Below, in pieces: positions 1-8,743 of a stretch of DNA of 64,000 nt. The stretch lies in the NCBI GenBank assembly GCA_948607205.1, contig CAPERS010000006.1, forward strand, positions 1,799-65,798, written 5' to 3'. This stretch comes from an uncultured Eubacteriales bacterium (GTDB lineage: Bacteria > Bacillota > Clostridia > Christensenellales > UBA1242). The notes beneath the pieces are model-generated. The model saw only the letters and a list, made by a program, of their open reading frames with translations. It was not told the DNA's origin and ran no database searches. Within the stretch, counting starts at the first letter, position 1. Each line of letters starts with the position of its first letter. A program made the position numbers and the translations under genes.

Positions 1-1
1 A

Positions 2-580
2 AAATTCGTATTCGACTTTTTGCCAAGAATGAACAAAAACAAAGAACTTATCATTGTGCAAAACTATGGTGGAATGGTTGGCGGTGCAGACTATTATGCT
101 TATTCGTATTGCAAAAATCATGGCTTAAACATCAGAAGCGTGTTTGTCCTCAAAATGCCTGAAAGTTTCACAACAACTTTCACTGTTCCAAAATTTTATA
201 TTAAGTCAACTCTCAAAAAAGCGGACGGTGCAATTGATAAGGTCATAAGTGATATAAAGAATGAGAAATTCTCAATTCCAAAACAAAAGAAAACAAAAGA
301 GAAAAAATATTTGACTAATATGTCTAACTGGAATAAGATTGCCAAATCATTTTGCGTAAGTGAAGACTGTGTTAGGTGTGGAAAATGCGTGAACGTTTGT
401 CCAGTGAAAAATATATCAATCGAAAACAATAAAGTTGTTTTTAGCGACAAATGCATTGCCTGTCTTGGATGTTATCATCGCTGTCCACAAAAGGCAATTA
501 GATATAAAAATCATAAAAAGAAAGATAGATATTTTAATCCAAATGTTGACGAAAATGAAATAGGAAAAGATTTAAAATAG
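2..580 (+). CDS. EFR1-family ferredoxin (4Fe-4S dicluster); N-terminus outside the window
   Basis: Two CxxCxxCxxxCP motifs (CVRCGKCVNVCP, CIACLGCYHRCP). The frame is open back to the window edge, so the TTG at 20 is probably not the true start. Confidence 0.7.
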   Translation, partial: KFVFDFLPRMNKNKELIIVQNYGGMVGGADYYAYSYCKNHGLNIRSVFVLKMPESFTTTFTVPKFYIKSTLKKADGAIDKVISDIKNEKFSIPKQKKTKEKKYLTNMSNWNKIAKSFCVSEDCVRCGKCVNVCPVKNISIENNKVVFSDKCIACLGCYHRCPQKAIRYKNHKKKDRYFNPNVDENEIGKDLK

Positions 581-584
581 AAAA

Positions 585-615
585 AATAACAGGTTCATCC
601 TGTTATTTTTGTTTT
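585..615. terminator. Rho-independent terminator, possibly bidirectional
   Basis: AATAACAGG-ttcat-CCTGTTATT stem-loop, preceded by an A run and followed by TTTGTTTT, between convergent genes. Confidence 0.7.
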
Positions 616-695
616 AGTAAATTTTTATTTTTGTTTTTTATAAAGTTGTATTTAGAAAAACTTTTCTTAGTTTAGTTTCAGGCAATGTCAGTCGA

Positions 696-1346
696 CTAAC
701 CTTTATATTTTGTCTTATATCCACTGTTTGTTTCAGGGCGGAGGTCGTTTGGAAATTCGATGTCTGTCTTGATGTCGACAACAATTTGTTGCAAGCGGTT
801 GACAAGAAGATAAGGGTCATGTAGATCTTCAAGAACATGAGTTTTGCTACTGCTTGTGTAGATAACAATGTCACCAACATGGAACATTCTGTCAAGAAAA
901 CCAATATGCAAATTCACTGATGAGATTTCTGAATACATAATATTTGTTAAATTTGCGAAAAAACCTTCTTTAATAATAATGCGCTTGTTTGTGAAAGCAT
1001 ATTCAGTGTTTTTAAGACGTCTGCGCGCAGTTAATATATGAGAAAGCCAAATCCAAACTGGCATGAGGTGAATTGCAAAGAAAATAACAAAAAAGATTAT
1101 CAAAGCAATCGGAATTCCACCTGAAATAATTCCATAAATGATTCCGCCTATAAAAAGTCCGTCAAAGCAAAGCCATAAAAAAGCAATCGGGAACATTTTG
1201 AAAAATTGTTCAAGCATAAAAACTTTTTTGTCTGGCTTGCCAGTCCATAAAAGTTGCTCATCTTCACTCAGTGCAACCATATCTTTTAGACTCTGAGAGC
1301 CATTTTCATTTTGCTTAGGTTTGAAAAAATCTTCGTTAAGATCCAT
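696..1346 (-). CDS. PH-domain (bPH_2 / YdbS-like) membrane protein
   Basis: LLWTGKPDKK motif, two hydrophobic helices, then TEYAFTNKRIIIKEG typical of bacterial PH domains. GGAGG Shine-Dalgarno (SD) upstream of the ATG. Confidence 0.6.
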   Translation of the reverse strand: MDLNEDFFKPKQNENGSQSLKDMVALSEDEQLLWTGKPDKKVFMLEQFFKMFPIAFLWLCFDGLFIGGIIYGIISGGIPIALIIFFVIFFAIHLMPVWIWLSHILTARRRLKNTEYAFTNKRIIIKEGFFANLTNIMYSEISSVNLHIGFLDRMFHVGDIVIYTSSSKTHVLEDLHDPYLLVNRLQQIVVDIKTDIEFPNDLRPETNSGYKTKYKG

Positions 1347-1397
1347 GTTTAACCTCCAAATATAATATACCAGAATAAAATTAATTTTGCAAGAGAT

Positions 1398-1853
1398 TTA
1401 GTTGTGGAGGAGGGCAACCTCGCGAAGAATTGCATCTTCTGCGAAGAAAGCCTCAGTAATATCTTCGGCGGATTTTTCCAGTTTTGATTGCAAAAGCATC
1501 AATTTTTTGGAAAACTTAAATAGAATTGAGTTGGCTTCATTGTTGAACTTGGATTTGGCGAGGATGTTTTCTTTGGTGCTTTCATCTTTGATAAGATTGC
1601 TGATTAGTGCTGAAAATGCCATAACTTTGATTCCTCTAAGTTGAAGATATTCGACATTAAATAATTTATCAATAAGTTCTTGTGCAAGTTCGGGCGTTGT
1701 AACTAAATTAAGGTCGTCAACCATTTCGTCAAAAATTTGAAAAGGTTGTTTTTTAAGTTTTGCAAGCCTCAAACAAGTGTTGACTTTGAGTTTGTATAAA
1801 TTGTTATATTTTTTATAAACAGTATTGAAATATTTTAAAATTCCTTTTTCCAT
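1398..1853 (-). CDS. hypothetical protein (151 aa)
   Basis: Clean ORF with an AGGAG SD. No domain recognised. Confidence 0.55.
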   Translation of the reverse strand: MEKGILKYFNTVYKKYNNLYKLKVNTCLRLAKLKKQPFQIFDEMVDDLNLVTTPELAQELIDKLFNVEYLQLRGIKVMAFSALISNLIKDESTKENILAKSKFNNEANSILFKFSKKLMLLQSKLEKSAEDITEAFFAEDAILREVALLHN

Positions 1854-1974
1854 TAAAGCTCCTTTTTTAGGGAATAACTTTCAAAGTATATACTTTTTTT
1901 TAACTTTTGTCTACCAAAATTAAGGAATTTCAAAAAAAGCAAACAATTTTTAATATGCAACATATTCAAATTTC

Positions 1975-2004
1975 TTGCAACTGGACATAAAAATGTGATA
2001 TAAT
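1975..2004 (+). promoter_or_regulatory. promoter of aspS-asnS
   Basis: TTGCAA (1975-1980), 18-bp spacer, extended -10 TGaTATAAT (1996-2004). AGGAGA SD at 2015-2020. Confidence 0.6.
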
Positions 2005-2026
2005 CTTGAAATATAGGAGAAGATAT

Positions 2027-3313
2027 ATGACGACTCAAATTTCAAAACTCGAAGTTGGAAAAGTTAAATTTCAAGGCATGATTGAAACTGTTCGTGACAA
2101 AAAAAACATTCAGTTTGTTGTTTTGAAAGACTTTTCAGGAAAAATTCAAGTGACAGTTGATAAGGTTGCACATCCAGAAGTGGGTGAGGTTTTTGCAAAA
2201 CTTTTGACAGGCTCAACAGTTATGGTCGAAGGCGAACTTGTTAAAAGCGAATATGTCAAGATGGGCGGTCAAGAAGTGCTCGTTGAAAGCGTTATTGTCA
2301 CAAGTGAGGCAAAAGAGCCATATCCAATCGGCCCTGAAAGCAATATTGACCAGCGCATTGATTATCGCTGGCTTGACCTTAGACAAGACAAAAACTTGCT
2401 TATTTTCAAAGTTCAAACATGTTTCACTGAGGCTATGAGAGAGTTCCTTGAAAAGCGTGACTTTGTTGAAATTCATTCACCAAAACTTATTGGAACGGCA
2501 TCTGAAAGTGGCTCGGAAGTTTTTGAAGTGAAATATTTTGACGGAAAAGCATATCTTGCACAAAGTCCACAATTTTATAAACAACTTGCCATTTCGGCAG
2601 GATTTGGAAGAGTTTTTGAATGCGGACCAGTTTTTCGTGCTGAGAAGTCACATTCAAGAAAACATGCGACTGAGTTCACTGGTTTTGACCTCGAATTCAC
2701 AGGAATTGAAAGTTGCGAAGATGTTATGAAAATGGAAGAAGAACTTGTAACCTATGCTCTTCAAAAAGTAAGTGAAAAGTATGGCGAGGCAATAAAGGCA
2801 ACTTTTGGCGTCGAAGTTAAAGTTCCAACTCTTCCTTTCCCAAGAATTGAACTTGGTGACCTCTATGATGAACTTGAAAAGCGTTACGGTTATACAATTG
2901 AAGAAAGTGAAAAAGATGACCTTTCAACCGAAGGAGAAAAACTTTGCAAACAATTTGCAATGGATTTTTACGGACATGAATTTTTGTTTATCACCGGTTA
3001 TGGTCCAAGAAAAAGAGCGTTCTATCATTTGCGCAAGAACGGAATCCCACAAGGTTATGACCTCATTTGGAAGGGCGTTGAAATCACAACAGGCGCGCAG
3101 AGAGAGCATAGATATGATATTCTTAAAGCGCAAGCCGAAGAAAAAGGTCTTGCAAAAGATGTTGAGTTCTATCTTCAATTCTTTAAATATGGTTGTCCTC
3201 AACATGGCGGATTTGGGCTTGGTCTTGACAGAATTATTATGAACCTTTTGGAACTTGCAAATATAAAAGAAGCCATGTTTATATTCCGTGGTCCTGAAAG
3301 AATCAGCCCTTAA
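2027..3313 (+). CDS. aspS: aspartate--tRNA ligase, short archaeal/eukaryal type (no GAD insertion)
   Basis: About 428 aa. N-terminal OB fold, class II motifs (FRAEKSHSRKHATEF, GGFGLGLDRIIM). Start moved from the track TTG (2006) to the ATG at 2027, which has an SD. Confidence 0.9.
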   Translation: MTTQISKLEVGKVKFQGMIETVRDKKNIQFVVLKDFSGKIQVTVDKVAHPEVGEVFAKLLTGSTVMVEGELVKSEYVKMGGQEVLVESVIVTSEAKEPYPIGPESNIDQRIDYRWLDLRQDKNLLIFKVQTCFTEAMREFLEKRDFVEIHSPKLIGTASESGSEVFEVKYFDGKAYLAQSPQFYKQLAISAGFGRVFECGPVFRAEKSHSRKHATEFTGFDLEFTGIESCEDVMKMEEELVTYALQKVSEKYGEAIKATFGVEVKVPTLPFPRIELGDLYDELEKRYGYTIEESEKDDLSTEGEKLCKQFAMDFYGHEFLFITGYGPRKRAFYHLRKNGIPQGYDLIWKGVEITTGAQREHRYDILKAQAEEKGLAKDVEFYLQFFKYGCPQHGGFGLGLDRIIMNLLELANIKEAMFIFRGPERISP

Positions 3314-3360
3314 AAAATATAAAAAGGAATAATCAATCTTTCAAAAAATTAGGAGCAAAT

Positions 3361-4740
3361 ATGAAAAAAATTGATATTGTAAAATTAAGAAAAGAGCCTC
3401 AAAAGTTTACTGATAAGTCTTTCACTATCGGTGGCTGGGTGCGCTCAGTTCGTGACATGAAAACATTTGGTTTTATTGACCTCAATGACGGAACCTCTTT
3501 CAAAGGCATTCAAGTGGTTTTGAATGCTGAGAAAATTGCTAACTATCAAGAAGTTTCACACCTCAATACTGGAAGCAGTGTGCTTTGTGAGGGAACACTT
3601 AAATTGACACCAGAGGCAAAACAGCCATTCGAGTTTGTTGCAGACAAAGTTGAAATCCTTTCTGCGACTGATGAAAGTTATCCAATTCAAAAAAAGAAAA
3701 CTTCGCTTGAAGTTTTGCGTGAACAGGCATATCTTCGCCCAAGAACAAATCTTTTCAATGCTGTTTTCAGAGTGAGAAGTGAAAGTTCGTTCGCTCTTCA
3801 TAAGTTTTTTAATGAGCAAGGCTTTGTTTATCTTCATGCACCAATCTTGACTTCTTCTGACTGCGAAGGAGCAGGAGAACTTTTCAGAGTCAGCACGCAA
3901 GATATCTATGCTGGAAAAAAACTCAATCCGGAAGACGAACTTCTTGGCAAGAAAGCCTTCCTTTCACCATCTTGTCAACTTGAAGGCGAGGCTTTTGCGC
4001 TTGCATTTGGCAATATTTACACTTTTGGTCCTTCTTTCCGTGCGGAAAACAGCAACACTGTCAAACACGTAAATGAGTTTTGGCATATTGAGCCTGAAAT
4101 GGCATTTGCCGAACTTTTTGATGATATGGACGTTATGGAAAGCATGGTTAAATATGTTATCAACTATCTCTTTGATAAATGCAAAGACGAACTTGAATTT
4201 TTCGATAGTTTCGTTGAAACTGGACTTATTGCAAAACTTAAAAATGTGACTGACAATGAGTTTGCACGTGTGTCATACACAGAAGCAATCGAAATTTTGA
4301 AGAAAAATAACGATAAGTTTGATTATAAAGTTGAATGGGGTAGTGATATTCAAACAGAACACGAAAAATATCTCACCGAAGTGGTTTACAAAAAACCTGT
4401 TTTCGTTTATGACTATCCAAAGGAAATTAAAGCATTCTATATGCGCGTCAACGAAGATGGCAAAACAGTTCGTGCAACCGACCTTCTTGTTCCAGGCATT
4501 GGCGAACTTTGTGGAGCAAGCGAAAGAGAGGAGCGATATGAAGTCTTGAAAGCACGTATTGACGAACTTGGACTCAGAGAAGAAGACTATTGGTGGTTTA
4601 TGAACCTTCGCAAATTCGGAAGCGTGAAGCACAGCGGATTTGGCATGGGCTTTGACCGTTTCCTTATGTATGTGACAGGAATGAAAAACATTCGTGACGT
4701 CCTTCCTTTCCCAAGAACACCAAACAACTGCGAATACTAA
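3361..4740 (+). CDS. asnS: asparagine--tRNA ligase
   Basis: Class IIb synthetase: FRAENSNTVKHVNEFWHIEPE, GELCGASEREERYE, HSGFGMGFDRFLMY. AGGAG SD. Confidence 0.93.
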   Translation: MKKIDIVKLRKEPQKFTDKSFTIGGWVRSVRDMKTFGFIDLNDGTSFKGIQVVLNAEKIANYQEVSHLNTGSSVLCEGTLKLTPEAKQPFEFVADKVEILSATDESYPIQKKKTSLEVLREQAYLRPRTNLFNAVFRVRSESSFALHKFFNEQGFVYLHAPILTSSDCEGAGELFRVSTQDIYAGKKLNPEDELLGKKAFLSPSCQLEGEAFALAFGNIYTFGPSFRAENSNTVKHVNEFWHIEPEMAFAELFDDMDVMESMVKYVINYLFDKCKDELEFFDSFVETGLIAKLKNVTDNEFARVSYTEAIEILKKNNDKFDYKVEWGSDIQTEHEKYLTEVVYKKPVFVYDYPKEIKAFYMRVNEDGKTVRATDLLVPGIGELCGASEREERYEVLKARIDELGLREEDYWWFMNLRKFGSVKHSGFGMGFDRFLMYVTGMKNIRDVLPFPRTPNNCEY

Positions 4741-4884
4741 GCCTTAGGCTCTTTATATCTATCAACTTCATTCAAAGTTGATATTTTATTCGGTCATGTG
4801 CATTATGCACTTTTCATCTTTTGACTAAATTCGAAATTTTCACTTAATCCGTTCTTATGCATTATGCTTTTACTTTAAATTATA
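4741..4884 (+). repeat. three tandem ~59-bp units, each centred on a short palindrome (repeat family locus A)
   Basis: GCCTTAGGC 4741-4749, GTGCATTATGCAC 4798-4810, GCATTATGC 4859-4867; the centres are 59 bp apart. Related arrays at 29985-30097 and 55418-55585. Confidence 0.7.
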
Positions 4885-4912
4885 AAAAGACAGAAATTCC
4901 TGTCTTTTTTTT
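4884..4912 (+). terminator. Rho-independent terminator
   Basis: AGACAG-aaattc-CTGTCT followed by T8. Same stem type as the terminators at 8557 and 14595. Confidence 0.75.
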
Positions 4913-4976
4913 GTTAAAAATTTTATAATTATCATTAAAAAGTGCAAATCAAAAACTAAAAAACTATCTTTTTATT

Positions 4977-5004
4977 TTGTATTTACTCAATTTTTGAGTA
5001 TAAT
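4977..5004 (+). promoter_or_regulatory. promoter P1 with embedded 17-bp palindrome TACTCAA-TTT-TTGAGTA
   Basis: TTGTAT (4977-4982), 16-bp spacer, TATAAT (4999-5004). Perfect 7-bp inverted repeat at 4984-5000 overlaps the -10. Duplicated at 13562-13590. Confidence 0.55.
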
Positions 5005-5089
5005 AATATATATTTAAAAATAACTCTCAGCATAGCCACGCTTTCGAAACGGAAACGCAAAAATGGCGTGAGTTTCCTGTCGGATTTTG

Positions 5090-5121
5090 TTGACATGGGG
5101 GGGGGGATTTTGAGGTATAAT
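5090..5121 (+). promoter_or_regulatory. promoter P2 with a G10 tract in a 20-bp spacer (candidate phase-variable promoter)
   Basis: TTGACA 5090-5095 and TATAAT 5116-5121. The spacer is 20 bp, of which 5097-5106 is GGGGGGGGGG. Confidence 0.6.
5097..5106. repeat. G10 homopolymer
   Basis: Read directly from the sequence. It is the longest G/C run I noticed in this AT-rich window. Confidence 0.95.
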
Positions 5122-5153
5122 TATTTAAAGAATAAATATAAAAAGGATAAAGT

Positions 5154-8100
5154 ATGAAAAAAATACATAAGATTTTGTTAACAGTTTCTTTTGTCTTTGC
5201 GGTGTGCTTTTCAGCAGGCTTGTTTTTCACTTATTCTGATTTTAAAAGCGGTAATTATCAAGACACAGAAACTTATGCATGGGAAAGTAAATCAATTCAT
5301 AGTTTTGTTGTCTATTGTTTGCAAAAGCCGGTAACAAAAACTGCTTTAGGCACATTTACTGTTAAAGATTTAGGTTTTAAAGTGACATACACATCACAAG
5401 ACGGATGGGAAGATGGAAGTGTAGGAAATTTTTCAATAGGTTATTCAGATAAGTCAGGCGTTGATTTTGCTTCTTATTCAACTGGAAGTGGCAAAATTGG
5501 AGATGGAGGTATTGGTGGAAGTGTGACATTATCTAAAACGTGGTTTGCAGGTGACCAAGTTGCAAACTATAAGGTTAACTATTATGTTAGCGCACCAGGA
5601 TATGAGGTTTATACTCTTTCACAAACTTTTAATGCGTTGTATGCAGAAAAATACTTTGACAAAATTTTATCAGGGGATGTAACTTTGAGTTCTGTGAGTG
5701 ATGCATGGGGTGCTTCCAGTTACACTGCTTCCATTGAAAGGACAACCACTTTGAAGACGGCAACCAATTCAAGTGAAAATGTATGGTTTTTCAGTTATGT
5801 TGCCCCAAGAAGATATAAAGTTACATTTGATGCCAATGGCGGAAGTGGTGGTGGAGATTCTACAATAACTTATGGTAATAAATACCGTTGTCCAACTCCA
5901 ACACGTGAGGGTTTCACATTTGAGGGATGGTATCGTTCAAATGGTGAACGTGTTTATTATGATACTTTTAAAACTTCTCCAGATAATGAAACTTTAACTG
6001 CGCGTTGGACAGATTCTCAAGCGCCAACTGTTCATAGAGCAACATGGCAACAAAATGGCGCAACTGGATATTATGCTTATGCTTATGTCACTGACAATGA
6101 TGCTGTTGCAAGAGTTCAATTTCCAACATGGACGGAATTGAATGGTCAAGATGACATACAAGGAAATTGGTCAACAAGCAGTGCCGCTAGTGGAAGTTAT
6201 GGTTCTTGGACAGTGGACGGACAAAGTTATAATTATCGCTATGAAGTCAAAGTTGCAGACCATAATAATGAATATGGGCTTTACCATACTCATATTTACG
6301 CTTACGACCCAACTGGAAATCGAAGTTCAGGAAGTTCAGTAGGAAGTGTCACATTTAGTTTTGAATTTGATATCAATCAGTTTGTTAATGGTGTTAACAA
6401 TGGAACAGACCCAGCAACTTTTTCAGTTAAAATTGATGGTGTTGTCGAAGTTTCAAATGTTCATGATTTTTGTCAGCCTGTGCTTTATGGTGCAAAAGTT
6501 GAAATATATGACATAAAATATCCATCAAATTATCATTATACAGGCTATAAACTTGCATCTTCTTATACAAGTAACATTGATGACCTAGCAAACCTAAAAG
6601 GTTCAGGCAGTTCAAAAACAAATATAATTGTCACTGTTCCAAATTATAGGTCAAACGTCAATCTTCAAATAATAACAAATCACCAGTTGACAATCAATGA
6701 TGGTTTAATCACTCAGGTTAAGAGAGTTTTTGATAAATCTCTTTATGCACTTTCTCTTCCAACAAGACCGGGATATATTTTCACCGGTTGGACAGTTTCA
6801 GGAAGTGGAAAAATGATTGAATCACAATATCTAAAAGACGGCAAAACTTTCAATGGCACAAGTGATTATGTAAGTCTTGGAAGAACTCACATGTATACTG
6901 ATAAATTTTTGTTCAGTGTTTGGGCGAGCATGGACGACTGGAGTGAATTTAAAGATTCAAGAATTTTGAGCTGCACTGAAGGTGGCGGATGGAACATGCA
7001 GGGCGCTGATGTTATTGATTTCATTGCATATCAAAATGGAGTGGGCTATGTGGAAGCATTTTCAGATAAGAAATGGAGTTCATTGTCATCAGGCTGGCAC
7101 AATTTTGTTGGCACATTCACTGGCAACGAGTTGGCACTTTATATTGACGGCGAATTGGTTGCCCTTTCAAAAACGTTCACAAATAAGGCTGTTTCATATC
7201 ACCCAACAAATTCAATCATTATTGGTGCTGAGCCAGGTGGCGGAACTGATATTGAGGGTAAATATTTTAAAGGTCAAATTGCCAATGTGATTTTGTATAA
7301 TGATTTTGTCAACACTGTTGATGGAATGACTTCTTTTGACCAAGAATACTATTTCCTCGCAGGCAACAGTGACACCACAATAACTGCAAACTGGATTGAA
7401 ACCTGGGCAGGAGCGGGTAAAGACGTTGAACTTACAACCGACGCAAGCGGAGCATATCTCATTTCGAGTGCAGAGGAACTTGGGAAAATTGCATACGAAG
7501 TTAGTTGTTTGGGTAACACGCAATCTGGGAATAAATTCAAACTTGTTAACAATATTGACCTTGCAGGCAAATATTGGATGCCGATTGGAACGCATGAGTC
7601 AAGATTTAAAGGTGAATTTGATGGAAACAATTTCACGATATCAAATGTTAAAAGTGATTACTTTAATGACATAGGACTTTTCGGAAAAATTTTAGACACT
7701 TCGATTTCAAATTTGATCTTATCACAAATTGATATTAAAGGTGGAGATTATGCCGGAGGACTTGTTGGCGTTGCGACAAATTCACAAATTAAAAATTGTA
7801 AAATTTTAAGCGGAAGTGTTATTGGTAGAACATGGGTAACTGGTGGAATTTGCGGATGCGCTGAAAATTCAACTATTATTGAAAATTGTGTTAACTCAGC
7901 AAAAGTTGAATCAAGATATCATGGTGGAATTTGCGGACTTGTTAACACTTCGAGAATTATTGGATGCATAAACTATGGAACAATTGAAAACTATGACGAA
8001 GGCTCAGATTACTATTATGGTGGAATCGCAGGCAAAACGTATGGCAATGGTGTTATCATAGAAAAATGCATCAATTATGGAGAAGTTTCCAACAAAAAAG

Positions 8101-8558
8101 GTGTGGACGGAATTGCAGGCATACTTGGTTCGAACGAGGGTGAAAACACAGCTATTTCTGCTTGTGCAAACTATGGGAATATCATTTCAAAAAGTGGTTC
8201 AACTCGTTTCAGTGGTGCAATTGTTGGAAGAAACGATAGAAATGACCTGCTTATTGAAAATTGTTCTTCAAATTGCGAAATGTCAGGAAAAGGCAGTGCC
8301 GCAACGTGGGTTAGTGTTCTCTGTGGAGGTGAAGGCAGAGCATATGTCAAATCAAGTTATGCTTCAATGACAGTTGCTGGAGAAAGTGTAAAGCATGCCT
8401 ATGGAAATGCTGAAGATTTTAACAAAGGATTTCGATTTGTATCTGGCATGAACAATGACCTTCCAATGCAAGTTGATTTATTTGAATACGCGAGTCAAAT
8501 TCCAATGCAGTCAGATGTGCTTTCGGTTGGTCTTACTGGATTTGAACTTATTGGATAA
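5154..8558 (+). CDS. large surface protein: signal anchor, Listeria-Bacteroides (Flg_new) repeats, GBS Bsp-like repeat, LamG-like domain, GLUG-motif repeats
   Basis: N-terminal hydrophobic anchor ILLTVSFVFAVCFSAGLFF. YKVTFDANGGSGG..GFTFEGW and RPGYIFTGW (Flg_new). FPTWTELNGQDDI..YHTHIY (Bsp-like). WHNFVGTFTGNELALYIDGELV..FKGQIANVILYN (LamG). Repeated GGLVG/GGICG..NC motifs (GLUG). Confidence 0.8.
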   Translation: MKKIHKILLTVSFVFAVCFSAGLFFTYSDFKSGNYQDTETYAWESKSIHSFVVYCLQKPVTKTALGTFTVKDLGFKVTYTSQDGWEDGSVGNFSIGYSDKSGVDFASYSTGSGKIGDGGIGGSVTLSKTWFAGDQVANYKVNYYVSAPGYEVYTLSQTFNALYAEKYFDKILSGDVTLSSVSDAWGASSYTASIERTTTLKTATNSSENVWFFSYVAPRRYKVTFDANGGSGGGDSTITYGNKYRCPTPTREGFTFEGWYRSNGERVYYDTFKTSPDNETLTARWTDSQAPTVHRATWQQNGATGYYAYAYVTDNDAVARVQFPTWTELNGQDDIQGNWSTSSAASGSYGSWTVDGQSYNYRYEVKVADHNNEYGLYHTHIYAYDPTGNRSSGSSVGSVTFSFEFDINQFVNGVNNGTDPATFSVKIDGVVEVSNVHDFCQPVLYGAKVEIYDIKYPSNYHYTGYKLASSYTSNIDDLANLKGSGSSKTNIIVTVPNYRSNVNLQIITNHQLTINDGLITQVKRVFDKSLYALSLPTRPGYIFTGWTVSGSGKMIESQYLKDGKTFNGTSDYVSLGRTHMYTDKFLFSVWASMDDWSEFKDSRILSCTEGGGWNMQGADVIDFIAYQNGVGYVEAFSDKKWSSLSSGWHNFVGTFTGNELALYIDGELVALSKTFTNKAVSYHPTNSIIIGAEPGGGTDIEGKYFKGQIANVILYNDFVNTVDGMTSFDQEYYFLAGNSDTTITANWIETWAGAGKDVELTTDASGAYLISSAEELGKIAYEVSCLGNTQSGNKFKLVNNIDLAGKYWMPIGTHESRFKGEFDGNNFTISNVKSDYFNDIGLFGKILDTSISNLILSQIDIKGGDYAGGLVGVATNSQIKNCKILSGSVIGRTWVTGGICGCAENSTIIENCVNSAKVESRYHGGICGLVNTSRIIGCINYGTIENYDEGSDYYYGGIAGKTYGNGVIIEKCINYGEVSNKKGVDGIAGILGSNEGENTAISACANYGNIISKSGSTRFSGAIVGRNDRNDLLIENCSSNCEMSGKGSAATWVSVLCGGEGRAYVKSSYASMTVAGESVKHAYGNAEDFNKGFRFVSGMNNDLPMQVDLFEYASQIPMQSDVLSVGLTGFELIG

Positions 8559-8585
8559 AAAAGACAGATAATCTGTCTTTTTTTG
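8557..8585 (+). terminator. Rho-independent terminator
   Basis: AAGACAGAT-a-ATCTGTCTT followed by a T run. Near-identical to the one at 14595-14623. Confidence 0.8.
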
Positions 8586-8743
8586 TATGCAAGAATAAAA
8601 AATCAAAAGAATTTTTAATTAAAAAACAAATTATAAAGAAAAATAGAATATAAAACTTTTTCAAAAAAAAATACGAACATTTCACAAAATTTTCTTTATA
8701 TTGATAATAGGACAAATGCGGTCAAATTACTAAGGAGAAAATT

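Noticed and set aside
5005-5089. Possible riboswitch or pseudoknot between promoters P1 and P2. CACGC (5037-5041) pairs with GCGTG (5066-5070) and is interleaved with GGAAAC (5051-5056) pairing with GTTTCC (5072-5077). ACGCAAA and CGGAAAC strings are reminiscent of c-di-GMP riboswitches.
   Set aside because: The stems are only 5-6 bp and the region is far shorter than GEMM-type aptamers. The motif matches are short enough to be chance. It would need cmscan against Rfam to revive.
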